A stretch of DNA of 64,000 nucleotides from assembly GCF_006345805.1 (NCBI RefSeq), contig NC_043010.1, positions 47,864,001 to 47,928,000 on the forward strand, written 5' to 3'. This stretch comes from Octopus sinensis. Lineage: Eukaryota. Within the stretch, counting starts at the first letter, position 1. Each line of letters starts with the position of its first letter. Under the pieces are notes generated by a model. That model did no database searches. It had not been told where the DNA came from and was given only the letters and a program-made list of their open reading frames with translations. The translations under genes were made by a program, and so were the position numbers. Below are positions 38,880 through 51,145 of the stretch, in pieces.

Positions 38880-39190
38880 ATGGGATGGCTCCCTTTAAAT
38901 AGCAACTAAATAACCACATGTCCTCTCTTAGGATCCCAGAGAAAATCAACGTTACTTCTTTGGCCTACTACATATGGCGTTTAAAAGAAGATAAAACACC
39001 ATACAGGATTAAATGGAAGCTTCCAGGACAGCCTGAATCATACCTGAATAGAAGCAGACGTTGCAAATTTTGTGTGGCTGAGAGAACAAGGATCCTTAAA
39101 AAATTCGCTTGAATCAGAGGCCTTCTAAAATTCTATAAGTGAAGTGTTTACTTGGTACCCCCATATTACTGGATGCTGTGAGTAGTTCCC
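38880..39190 (+). mobile_element. Naiad-like GIY-YIG fragment
   Basis: NNHMSSLR...SLAYYIWRLKE...IKWKL...RRCKFCVAER. Confidence 0.7.
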
Positions 39191-39492
39191 CTGAAGGAAG
39201 AGAATATGTTTGTTTGAGCGCATCCATTTTTCCAAAATGAATGAGTTCAAATTTTCTTTATTTTACCGCATGTTGTATTTGTCCGCCAATTGGCTTACAG
39301 CATATAGATCAGACTGGAGTTCAGTAAGGTCTTCTATATCTTCTCTGTTTGCGAAGTAAATGAAAATTTAGTTAATTACTAATATTGGTTTTGTTTTGTT
39401 TCTCTTTTTTTACTCTTTGCATTATTGTTTCTCGTTCATTTCGAGATGCTCCCTGAAATATCTTGCCACCAACTTAAAGCAGTTAGTTTACT

Positions 39493-39905
39493 AAGGCGGC
39501 GAGCTGGCAGAAACGTTAGCACGCCGGGCGAAATGCTTAGCGGTATTTCGTCTGTCTTTACGTTCTGAGTTCAAATTCCGCCGAGGTCGACGTTGCCTTT
39601 CATCCTTTCGGGGTTGATTAAATAAGTGCCAGTTACGCACTGGGGTCGATGTAATCAAATTAGTCACTTTGTCTGTCCTTGTTTGTCCCCTCTATGTTTA
39701 GCCCCTTGTGGGTAGTAAAAAAATAGGTATTTCGTCTGCCGCTACGTTCTGAGCTCAAATTCCGCCGAGGTCGACTTTGCCTTTCATCCTTTCGGGGTCG
39801 ATTAAATAAGTACCAGTTACGCACTGGGGTCGATGTAATCGACTTAGTCCCTTTGTCTGTCCTCGTTTGTCCCCTCTATGTTTAGCCCCATGTGGGCAAT
39901 AAAAA
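39493..39905 (+). mobile_element. tRNA-derived SINE family M with internal tandem duplication
   Basis: Head aaggcggcgagctggcagaaacgttagc. Body ggtatttcgtctg...tttagcccc repeated at about 39542-39720 and 39727-39900. Confidence 0.9.
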
Positions 39906-40635
39906 AAATGTTTATTTTACCTGATGGTTTCTTCAGAGTCGCCTCCCTTACATCACTACTCGCTGAAGTTACGCTTTCAAGTTACATTTGCTTGTGTGAT
40001 AGGGAACCCTTTGCTAACACTCAAATTTGAACTCCACAACGAAATCCCCATGACGAAAAAAAAATGTAAAGAAAGAAAAAAAGGAAAAGCCCAAAACAGT
40101 AATTTAACTTATAACACGTACAGATTAGTGAAATGAAAGATTCATTATTTTCCACAGCGCAGGTTCTTTACCGACAGGTTTTTCTGGACATAGAATGGGA
40201 AAAAGGTACTTCCCAACATCTTGCTAGTGCTTTTGTTTAATGGAATATTTATTCGTTTTGGGAAGTTTGTTACGTATGTGCAGCAGCTTTCTATCTGACT
40301 TGTATCAGCTTACAGTTGTGTCACTTTTTGCTAGAGCAATCATTTGTTCTCTCTCTCTCTCTTTCGTCTCTCTTAGACATTACCTTGCATTAAATTTGCT
40401 TTTATATTCTGTTAAAATGATGCGCTACCTCCAGATTTCCCAGCCACCACCTAACCTAACGTTTCCCACCATCTTCATCTCCGTCTGTTCTTTGATGTTG
40501 CTCAACTACCTACCCCTTCGTAGTCTTAACGGGAGTTGGGGTTTGCCCATTCAAGTAAGGTGTCATGACGCCTTTGTTACACGACCAAATCACTTTATGA
40601 AATTAAATAAAAAATATTTTAGTGTATTCATTATT

Positions 40636-41055
40636 GGGATCTTTTCGGCTTGAACGGCAGTTTTTTCTAGCGGTGTCATATGAAACTGTCACCCATAATT
40701 ATGACCCTAGTATCGATCTATTGCATTTCAATCTTTTTTAGGGTTAGGGTTAGGGGTGGGGGGAAGGGTATATTTTTTTTCTTCACAAATGTAAATAAAC
40801 CCAATCTGTTTCTTAAACGATGGACATATTCATACGGCACAGAATGTTTTTTTTACCTCAATGGACGTCATTGATTGATTGAAATTGCAGAAATTGAAGA
40901 AAAAAAAACAAATATCTTACAAACTATAGAATTTTCTCAATAAAGCCAAGAGAAAAAGATGTTTTATAAACACATTCTACCAGTATACGAAGTTTAAAAT
41001 TTTTTTGTTACCTAGAAATTATGTTAAAAACTGCCGTTCAAACCGAAAAGATCCC
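40636..41055. mobile_element. MITE with about 30-bp TIRs (GGG...CCC), PIF/Harbinger-like
   Basis: gggatcttttcggcttgaacggcagttttt / aaaaactgccgttcaaaccgaaaagatccc; attatt on both flanks. Confidence 0.85.
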
Positions 41056-42445
41056 ATTATTGACATGGCTTTGTGAACAGCTTGGCAGAACGAAGTGAAA
41101 ATAGCCTGCCTCAACGTGGAATTGACATATAATTGCAGGCTCGGTTAGCTGGGAGGATAGACAACTAACTTTAAAAAATAATAAACGAACAAACAAACAA
41201 ATAAATTAGAGGAGGGTGGGGCTTGCCCATGACCTTTGCAGGCCCTCCTAGACTGGTGAAATTGATGTCGCTGATGTCGAACCTGAACATCTGCGGTAAA
41301 GACGTGAGCTAGGATGGAAGTGGGAGTGTAGCACGAATGCTTGCTTGCTTGGAAGCGATTCCACAAAAAAGAAAAAGAAGGAAAGAAAACCACCCAAAGA
41401 CCAGATCGTAGCTTTGAACCGGGACGTGTCAGAACACCGAGTTAGACTTTTGTGAATAAAGCTAATCAGGTTTTGAGGGAACTCAATAAATATCGATTAT
41501 ATTTATATTATTGGTACTTGCTTTAGTAATCCAGGGATATTTGAAACTAAACTAAATATTTGGCATCTAGTTTGGTGCTTGACAAAATGCTCTTTGTCGT
41601 GTATTTTGCATCCAGATTGTTTTGTAGTCCGAGGTCATCTAAATAAGGTGAGCGAGAGAAACAACAGAGCGTCGAACAAAATACTTCGCGGTACATAGTT
41701 ACGCCCCCTTAAATTCTGAGTTCAAATTCCACCCAGGCTGACTTTACCTTTTAGCTCATTCTAAAATAAGTACCGATCGAACCGATACATAAATATTGTA
41801 TATGTGTGTGCGGTGACCTACCCCCAGAGGGCATGTCTTATTGAATGTACAAGGTACGTAACAACTAAACAGTTGAAAGCTTGTCTGCGACCAAAAAGAT
41901 TTTCAAATAGGTAAATTATAGGAACTACCTAATACTGTAAGCAGCAGTAGCAGTGTAAAATCGATGAGTTCAATTCCTCTAGTAGACTACCAAACCAAAT
42001 TGTCGTGTATCTTTATGAGCAGATAGGTTATAGAATTCACTTGAAATCGAGTCAGAATTCTGGTTTAAGCACCCCACAACTTTTTTGTTTTTTTGGAATT
42101 TTCAGAACATGTTTGCGCATTTGTGTTCTGCACATGGGAATTCATAAGATTATGCAAAAATAGAAAAAGTATAAATTTTTGTAAGAAATTTAGGGGCTAT
42201 TGTTTTTAGCACATCTCACGACCACCTGATACCTTCTTCGTTTCTTTTTTTCACTGACATGTATTGATGTTTTTCAATATTTTTCTCCCCATAAACACAT
42301 TTAATATAATGAATATGTATCCAAGGGCAGTTCATTGTTTGATTGAAGCAAAGAATTCTGACTGTTCGTATTTCAAAGAAAAAATCCGAAAAAGAGTGAA
42401 ACTTTTAGGATTTTGCCGAAATCGATACCTCTCAATTACCGGGAG

Positions 42446-42730
42446 TGGAGGCAAATGGCCTAGTGGTTAGAGTAGCAGACACGCGGTCGAGGGATCGCAA
42501 GTTCGAATCTCAGACCGGGCGATATGTGTGTCTCCACGCGGCTCCGGCAAAAGGAAATGGCGAACTTCTGACTCTTTCGCCACAACTTTCTCTCATTCTT
42601 TTCTCCTGCATCTTGCAGCTCACCTGCGACGGACCGGCATCCCGTCCAGGTGGGGAATCTATACGCCGAGGAAACCGGGAAACCGGCCCCACGAGCCAGG
42701 CATGGTTTGAGAAGGAACAAACAGCAACAA
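42446..42730 (+). mobile_element. tRNA-derived SINE with V-domain-like core
   Basis: A box tggcctagtgg, B box gttcgaatc, core cctgcgacggaccggcatcccgtccagg, (AAC)-rich tail. Confidence 0.8.
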
Positions 42731-43210
42731 CAATTATCGGGAAAATAATTTCGCAATCTTTTCTAAGTAATTATGTATTGAATGTATTGAGCTGTTTTTC
42801 TGAAAATCATTACTATTTTAGTCACATTAGAAAAAATAGATAACGTTTTTAAATGTTTAAAAAATGTTTTAAAATTATTAAAGCAATAAAATTTCTCTTT
42901 TTTCCCCTCTCTTTCTTTTTCACTTTGTCTATCTGTATCTCTTTCTGTGTCCTGCTCTTTCTCTTTCCCTGTCTGTCACCTTCTCTCTATCTGTGTATCT
43001 CTCTCTTTTTTCCCCCCTGTTTGTCTGCTTCTTGCTTTCTTTCTCCCTTAAACCCATTCCCCTCCTTTACTGAGCAATCATATCTTCTCATACCCTTCCT
43101 GTTGTTCGTAGTGTCGCAGCAAATAAAGCTAACCTAAGGTATATATATATAGATATATATAATTTCGTTATACCGCATAAACGTGGCTGCAGTGTGTACG
43201 TCTTGTAAGC

Positions 43211-43327
43211 ATGGACCCTGAAACTAAAAGCGCGCAAACAGCTACTGCCGGTGACCCTGCAAACACTATATTCGGCAAAATATTACGTGGTGAAATTAAA
43301 AGTGACTTCATCTACGAAGATGACAAG
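43211..43327 (+). CDS. HINT1: Histidine triad nucleotide-binding protein, exon 1
   Basis: MDPETKSAQTATAGDPANTIFGKILRGEIKSDFIYEDDK, donor AAG|gtttgt; homologous to the HINT1 N-terminus (TIFGKII..EI....IFEDD). Confidence 0.95.
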
Positions 43328-43790
43328 GTTTGTTTATATATTTTTTATCGGCGTAATTTTTAGACAGCTTATTTCCTTGAACTTAATTTTCACTTTCGTC
43401 AATTTATACGTTAACAACTGGCGATTTACATACTGTAATAATATCTGAAGATTGATTTTACGAATATCTTCCGGTACAATGGTGCTCTACTGTTGAGCAC
43501 TCGAGTAAAATAATTGATTTTAAAAAATAGTTAACGAGAGTTCAGTCCAGTAGTTTTGAGGTAGGTATTTAGGGTACTAGTACCGGTATTTAGACCTTAA
43601 AACTAAATAGTATTGTTGCATTAGAGACAATAAAATTATTTAAATGTGTGTAGATACTGATAAACTCATGTCAAAAAACAGGGAACCAAATTAGGACGAG
43701 ACAGTTGTTGAGAAATGCAGTATATGCACTTGTCAAGGTGCACAAAGTCGACGAGATCTTGCATAGTTTGTTGCTTGCTTGGCATACCTA

Positions 43791-44012
43791 CACGAGTGGG
43801 TACTAGTTAAGAGTGGTCCCGGTGCGCGTACTCGCGCATTCGCGCTAGCTAGTCGTGACTATTCGATCCTACAACGACTACCTAGCAAAATAAATAATTT
43901 TTTTACACAAAGTAAATAAAGTAAAAACACAAAGTAAAGATTGACAAGTCACGACTAGCTTGTGCGAATGCGCGCACTGGGACCACTCTTCTTAAGTTAG
44001 TACCCACAAGTG
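43791..44012. mobile_element. Fold-back MITE (TA TSD, about 70-bp arms) in HINT1 intron 1
   Basis: TA|cacgagtgggtactagttaagagtggtccc...agctagtcgtgact / agtcacgactagct...gggaccactcttcttaagttagtacccacaagtg|TA. Confidence 0.75.
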
Positions 44013-44511
44013 TACCTCTTCGAATTTGTTTCTTCATAATTTCCAGAAAAATGGACATTTTTTTTTCTAATAAAATTTTCTACAATTACACTTCAGATGG
44101 TTTAAATTCCAATTTATTGTGAACAAGTTTTTTCCGAGGATGGGGCGAAGAGTTTCGAAAAACTCACTCGAGTTGGGGGTTTTTTCCTCATAACTTTCCG
44201 AAAATAGAAATTTTTTTTATTGAAATTTTCTGTAAATATCTTTCACATGGTGTATATTACAATTATATCGGTATTTACCATGAAAAAAAAAACAAGTTCG
44301 CACATGCATACTGACACCCATCACGAAATGAAACTCGAAACTTCGAAAAAAAATTGGGTAAATTGTTGTGTGTCTATGTATTATAAAGGAATTGAAGGTT
44401 CCTGATACCTGTGGAGTATCACCTTCTCAGCCTCCTGGCTTCCCAGACCCCAGTCAAACCGTCCAACCAATGCTAGCATGGAAAACGGATGTTAAACGAC
44501 GATGATGATGA

Positions 44512-47330
44512 TGTAATCTTAAGGATATGAATCTCGAAGAAGCAGCTTATAAGTGGATGCGATTCAATAATCGTTTATTTTAGTTCTCGTTCATGTGGCT
44601 CGTTCCTGATGACCATCTTCATGGCAGCATGAAGTTCGTTATAGCTCCGTTCACGTGTGGTTCATTACCTCTGGAGATAACAGGTGAGGTTAGAGCAGGT
44701 TAAAGTCCGCTGTGAGCTGCCTGCTTCACAGTGTTTCTCAGTGTAAGCGAGAAGGAGAAAAGAGACTAAATGTCTTAATACACCTGCTTAAATAGTTATT
44801 GCCGACGAGAGTCTTGCTGTGGTCTCGCGCATGGCAAATGGTTGCAGGCGAGATCTTGCTCTTGTCTCAAACATGGTAATGGTTGCTGCCAAGATCTCGT
44901 ACAAAATGGTGCTGGCTTTTTGTGCCATGCTATAGAGGCTCCACCCCTGATAATGCTAGTCCAAAATTAGAATGACTGGAGCAGGCACAAGAAAGCAAAG
45001 CTGGCCACTGATCGCAAACAACAAGATGTATTACAAAATGTGATATAAGTTGAGAAAAATAATTACAAGCAATATAAAAGGGGCATGCACAAAATTTTTG
45101 ACGAAGTTCAATGGCAAGGCATTGGAATTGTTCAGCACACGAGAAAACAATTGTTTGTCACAAGAAAAAGATTAAATGTAAATATTTCTGTTGAGTTTTT
45201 TGGGCCAATGCACAGTGCAGCCTGTCCTGGTGACAAAGGGTTTGATAAGGAGAAATAAGAGTTCCTCTGACAGAATCATCCTGAACAAAAACATGAGTCC
45301 ATTTGTCAATGTCAGGTGGGATGTGAGAGGGAATAGACTGGTCATATGGATGCATGGCTGGAAGACTTGAGAATTATGAGCGAAGTCTGGTGACATATGA
45401 CGTTGGATCAGGATGCAATGAATTGTCTGGTGTCAACATTTCACCAGGGAGTGTCAGGATGGTACCGTAAAGGAGTTCAGCAGGGGAGAAACCTAAGTCT
45501 GTTTTAACAGCAGTGCGACAACCAAGAAGAACGATAGACAGGAATTCTGTCCAAGACTGTGGATCAGGAATGGTGCGTAGAGTGGCCTTCAGTTGCCTGT
45601 GAAAATGTTCGACCATCCTGTTGGAAGCTGGTTGTACAAATGTGATGAACGTCTAGGATTTGTGACAGTTCACGAAATAAGGACTCTTTGAACTGGTGTC
45701 CATGATCAGTGGTTATTTTAGCTGGGACACCAAAGCGAGAAATCCAGTAAGAAATGAAAGCTTGAACAACTGACACAGCAGAAATGTCCACTATTGGAAT
45801 GGTTTCAGGCCAATGAGAGAAATGATCAGTGCATGTCACTATATAAGAGAAATCGCAATGGACAGGCCATGGTCCAACCAGATCAATGTGGACATGGCGA
45901 AAGCGAGTCTCTGGCAGAATGCTGGCATGATGCCAGGATGTCACAGTGAATGCAAGGCATCAAAAACAGAACACTGGTGGTTCACAGGTACAGTCTGGGA
46001 GAACCAGTAGCTGTATCACAAAGGATTGTACCTTCAGCAGATGGAAATGGAAGATAGGCAAACTTGCAACAGGACAACTGGCTGATTCTGGCAGTTAAAT
46101 TGATTGCAGCAGGAGATGAAAGAAAACATACAGGAAGACGAGAGAGTGCATCAGCAGGTACATTCTCTGTTCCAGGTATATGCTGAATGTCACTCAGGAA
46201 ATGTAGTCCAGGTGACAAAAAGCATGCGGTGAGTGTCTGTCCAATTTAGATGACAGAGCAAACATAAGAGGCTTGTGACCAGTATAAATCACAAAATCCC
46301 AGCCCTCGAGTTGATGTTGAAAATGATAAACTGACAGGTAGATAACTAAGAGTTCACGATCAAACGTACTGTAACGACATTCATCTGGCTTTAATTGACG
46401 AGAAAAGAATGCCAGAGGTTGAGTTTGATTGTTGACGGTATGTTACAAAACAGCACCAACCGCAGAATCCAATGCATCACCTGTTAAAGAGAGATGAACA
46501 TCAGGAACCGGATGTGCAAGCAAAGGAACAGAAGCTATTTCTTTCTTGAAATGCTCAAAAGGTAGTGCCTCGGCAGATAGTGATAGAATTTTTTTTGTAT
46601 TTGCTTTCAGTTGTCCGCACATTTATGTATGAATCTCCTGTAAAAGTTAACAATACCCGAGAAGTGGGAGGTGAGATGCATTGAATTGCAGTGACTTTGG
46701 AGGAGAGAGGTCAGATACATTTAGAGTTGATATAATGACCTAGGAATTCTAGAGAGGTCTGTCCGAAAACACACTTATTGGGATTGATTCGCACATTGTT
46801 GGTGCGAAGACGCTGAAAAAGTTGAGTTAAGTGTGGAGGTGATTTTCACACGTGTCGCTAGCTATGAGCAAATCATCGACATAAGCGAACACAAAGTCAA
46901 GTCCATGGACAACTTTGTCAATAAAGCTGTGGAATGTGCTCTGCAAACTGAAGCTCATAAACAGGAACTCGAAACATCCAAAGGGGGTGGTAACGGCAGT
47001 TTTGGGAATGTCGTCAGGGTTCATTAGAATTTGATGATAAGCTTGGATGAGGTCAACCTTGGAAAAAATAGTACAACCATGCAAGTTTGAAGAAAAATCT
47101 TCGAGATTCCTTATAGGATAGCGATCAGGAACAGTGACCGCATTCAAACATCTGTAATCCTCCACTGGGCGAAAGTCTTAATCCCCTTTCCATGCCAAAT
47201 GAAGAGGAGATGCTCAAGGGCTGGTGGAGGGGCAAATAAGGCCGAGTTGGAGCATATGCTCAACTCAGATCGAGCCTTTTTGAGCTGATCAGGAGCGAGT
47301 CGAGTGTGTGACTTTGACTGATATGGCGTG
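44512..47330 (-). mobile_element. Ty3/Gypsy LTR retrotransposon remnant (RT-RNaseH-integrase + 3' LTR)
   Basis: [72 protein letters not shown]-like aggggtggagcc at about 44935-44950. Putative LTR 44512-44934 ending in TACA. Confidence 0.9.
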
Positions 47331-47620
47331 CTAACATTTCTACCAGCTCGCCACCTTAGTAAAAGAAAATATTATTTCTATAATGTGTTCAAAGATGAAA
47401 AACACTCTTCCTATATACCTGACAATGTCATTAAAATCTGAAGTAATCACATCTTTGGAATTTCAAACAAACAAGATAATGCATAGTTACTTCAAATTGA
47501 CGTAAATCAATAAGTATTAAATATGCCAGAGTAATTTGAATGTTAAAGGGTTAAACCAGAATTTTGCCTAAATTTGAATAAAATGTCTATTTTTTTTTTT
47601 ATTTGTTTGTTTCTGAACAG

Positions 47621-47725
47621 TGTGTTGCATTTCATGACGTCAACAAGCAAGCTCCTGTCCATATTTTGATCATACCCAAGACACCCATTTCCCAAATATC
47701 AACAGCAAGTGATGAACATAAAGAA
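47621..47725 (+). CDS. HINT1: Histidine triad nucleotide-binding protein, exon 2
   Basis: aacag|CVAFHDVNKQAPVHILIIPKTPISQISTASDEHKE|gtaagt. Confidence 0.95.
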
Positions 47726-47744
47726 GTAAGTGAATTTATTCTTT

Positions 47745-47910
47745 TACTTGTTTCAGTCATTTGATTGCAGCCATGCTGGAGCACCACCTTAAAGAGTTTT
47801 AGTCACAGAAATTGACCCTAAGACTTATTCTATTAGTCTTGTTTGCTGAACCACTAGGTTGTGGAAACATAAACACGAGCATCAATTGTCAAGCAATGGC
47901 AGGGACACAC
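47745..47910 (-). mobile_element. SINE family A, 3' half (inverted relative to the 48955 copy)
   Basis: ttacttgtttcagtcatttgattgcagccatgctggagcacc... Confidence 0.8.
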
Positions 47911-48104
47911 ACACAATATATGATGATGATGATGATGATATATATATATATATATATATTTTTAAATTAGAGAAGAACCACCATGTAGCAATTCAACAAT
48001 GATTAAATCAAAATATATAGAAAAATTTTTTATATATGATAAAACATATACCTATAAGTAAGTAAAGTACAAAATAATAAATATATAGTATATAATTAGT
48101 AAAA

Positions 48105-48187
48105 AGACTACACGTGTTTCATGGCTATATTTTCAAACTGATAACAGTAAAATCAATTCAATTTAAATATAGTCACTCATCAGGTCC
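48105..48187 (-). ncRNA. Minimal type I hammerhead ribozyme with intact core
   Basis: ggac-CTGATGA-gtgactatattt...aaatatagccat-GAAAC-ACGT-GTA-gtct. Stem I 4 bp, stem II about 11/12 bp, palindromic ACACGTGT stem III, GUA cleavage triplet. Confidence 0.75.
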
Positions 48188-48954
48188 AAGATAAAAAAAA
48201 AGTAAAATAATTAAATAAATAAATATACGTATATTATCTCGTAAGAAAATATAAATATATATATAAATACATAATATTTTAATAAAAATTGAACAAAATT
48301 CAATAATATATCTTAAAATAAAAAGACAAAATATCTTAAATATATTCTGTTAAGTAAATCCTTAAACTTACTACATAGGACTTATTGTTTATAAAATTTA
48401 TCTCGTTAAAAAGCGTGGTGTAAATAAAACTAGAATAAATAGATATAAATATTTATTTTATCTATGAAAATAAATTTTAGCTTATAGAAGAAAAAAAATA
48501 ACAAACTATAATATATCATTACTAGAAAATTCAAATACAAGTAATTAAAACAAAATAAATAAATATATATATATATATATAAAATACATAATATACATTA
48601 AGGAGTGGTGGGGAGGGGTAGTGCTAGGAATATGGCTTAGGTACCAAGGGGGTGGCAGCCTGAAAATATTTGGGAACCACTGATGTAATCTGTTAGATAT
48701 TCATGTAGGAGCACACACATGACCAGAGTTATTAGGCTACTGAGAAAATTAGAAGTTGGAACAAACACAGCTGTTCCAAGTTGTGTTCAGCATCCTACTT
48801 ATAGCGCAGCATCAGTAATATATTACTAGCTCTTTTGATAATAACCCACCTGAAACCACCCTTGGTTCTATGACACAAGTTCTGTTTTAACCCATTAGCA
48901 TTCAGTTTAACCATGGTGCCACGTAAAAAGCACTGGTGCTGGTGCCGCATGAGA

Positions 48955-49463
<509 letters not shown>

Positions 49464-49588
49464 CTAAATTTCCAACTTCATTCCAGGATGTAAACTCCTG
49501 CAGTATTTCAAGGTGCATAATAATAATAATGTTGTAAATGTCTCTTAAGACAGTGTCTCATTTAAAGTTTTGCTGTAATCTATAAAGA

Positions 49589-49594
49589 AATAAA
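49589..49594 (+). terminator. Candidate HINT1 polyadenylation signal AATAAA
   Basis: First AATAAA 125 nt after the stop. Confidence 0.5.
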
Positions 49595-49901
49595 GTATCA
49601 TCCTGGTGCATGAAATAATTCAATTTATTTCATTTCCATATGTTCTGTCTTCTGTTTTTATCTAATTTTATAAGAGGAAATACATGTAGTGGCAATAATT
49701 TGCTGAATTGGTGATCAGAATTAAATATATGAAATAAGTTATCATTTTAACACCCATGGGTTGAATGAAATTTGAGGCAGGTTTTCTACAGCTGGTTGTC
49801 ACTGGAAATAAATAACACTGCTTGTGTTCTTTTGTCCAGTACAGTTAAATTCTCTAAGAAATGGAAAAAAAAGAAAATTACAATACTTAGATCTACATTA
49901 T

Positions 49902-50232
49902 AGGTGCAGGAGTGGCTGTGTGGTATGTAGTTTGCTTACCAACCACATGGTTCTGGGTTCAGTCCCACTGCATGGCACCTTGGGCAAGTGTCTTCTACTA
50001 TAGCCTTGGGCCAACCAAAGCCTTGTGAGTGGATTTGGTAGATGGAAACTGAAATAAGCCTGTCGTATATGTATGTGTGTGTGTCTGTGTTTGTCTCCCA
50101 ACATTGCTTGACAACCGATGCTGGTATGTTTATGTCCCTGTAACTTAGCGGTTCAGCAAAAGAGACCGATAGAATAAGTACTAGGCTTACAAAGATTAAG
50201 TCCTGGGGTCGATTTGCTCGACTAAAGGTGGT
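49902..50232 (+). mobile_element. tRNA-derived SINE, family A
   Basis: Well-preserved copy between the HINT1 and ACADSB 3' ends. Confidence 0.85.
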
Positions 50233-50690
50233 GCCTCAACAAATTCTGTTTGACCCATGAAAGAATAGAAAAGTAGGTGCTAAAATGATAAAGTTCATCA
50301 TACAACTACACAAATGCACACAATAAATGAGTCAAGAAGTATCTAATGTTAGAGTAAATTTTATTTATTTTACAGGGCTGACCGTTCTTGTGGTAATAGA
50401 AAAAAATATATATATTCAAGAATAACAAATGTACACAACTTTATGTTCCTATCAGCTGAAATTAAGAAATTCTAATTTATATTGCATTGATTTAATTTGA
50501 TTCATCACAGGTCTAGTTTTTTTGTAGGAATTGATTGCAGTATATTATTAAATTGCTTCAAAGACTCGGAGGAGGAGAGATGGAAGTTAACATTGATTTC
50601 AGCTGGAATTGAGTTCAATACATTAAATAATAATTAAATATCTTAGTCTTAACATTTTGCAGTTTCTTCCACCTAACCTGTAAATATACT

Positions 50691-50696
50691 TTTATT
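50691..50696 (-). terminator. Candidate ACADSB polyadenylation signal (one of several)
   Basis: AATAAA on minus; alternatives at 50903-50908 and 50360-50369. Confidence 0.3.
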
Positions 50697-51068
50697 AAAC
50701 ATAAGTGCATTTTTTGGGTTTGATCTGGCATGTTACTGCTACTCAGAAGGCTGCAAGGTCTGAACTCAGAACACTTAGGAACAAAACTATGAGGTTCAGT
50801 GCTCTACAATATGTAACAGTGAACAAGTAGCAACCACTGAAGAAACACCATTGCTAGTCTCATAATTTAACGAACTGGTTGATTTCTCACTTCCACAAGA
50901 GATTTATTTTTTGATATGTGTGGATTAGAATAGATTGTTGTTTTTTTCAATGGTTAGAACCCATTTTTGTTTTATCGTTGTAGACATAGTTTCTAAATTA
51001 AAAACAAGTGGTGTAACTCAAGTGAGAGAAAATAGTGGATTCAAAAACTGCAGTTTCTTGTACGGTTC

Positions 51069-51145
51069 TTACATTTGGTATTCAGTTGCAAGGCATTTGG
51101 CTATAGTGTTCAGTTGAATATTTGACGTTCCTTCATAAATAGTAC
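51069..51145 (-). CDS. ACADSB: Short/branched-chain acyl-CoA dehydrogenase, terminal exon (human exon 11 equivalent)
   Basis: ctacag|(G)TIYEGTSNIQLNTIAKCLATEYQM*; catalytic Glu in IYEG is present. Confidence 0.95.

Noticed and set aside
40240-40653. 137-aa plus-strand ORF
   Set aside because: No homology recognised; runs through a (CT)n tract and into a MITE.
41145-41393. GC-richer minus-strand ORF upstream of HINT1
   Set aside because: No recognisable protein; more likely regulatory or UTR sequence.
42446-42520. tRNA gene
   Set aside because: The tRNA-like head continues into a SINE body and tail; no acceptor-stem closure or T-run terminator. The same applies to the other SINE heads.
44606-44645. 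CTGATGA plus hairpin in the Gypsy LTR
   Set aside because: No GAAA or stem III after the hairpin; not a hammerhead.
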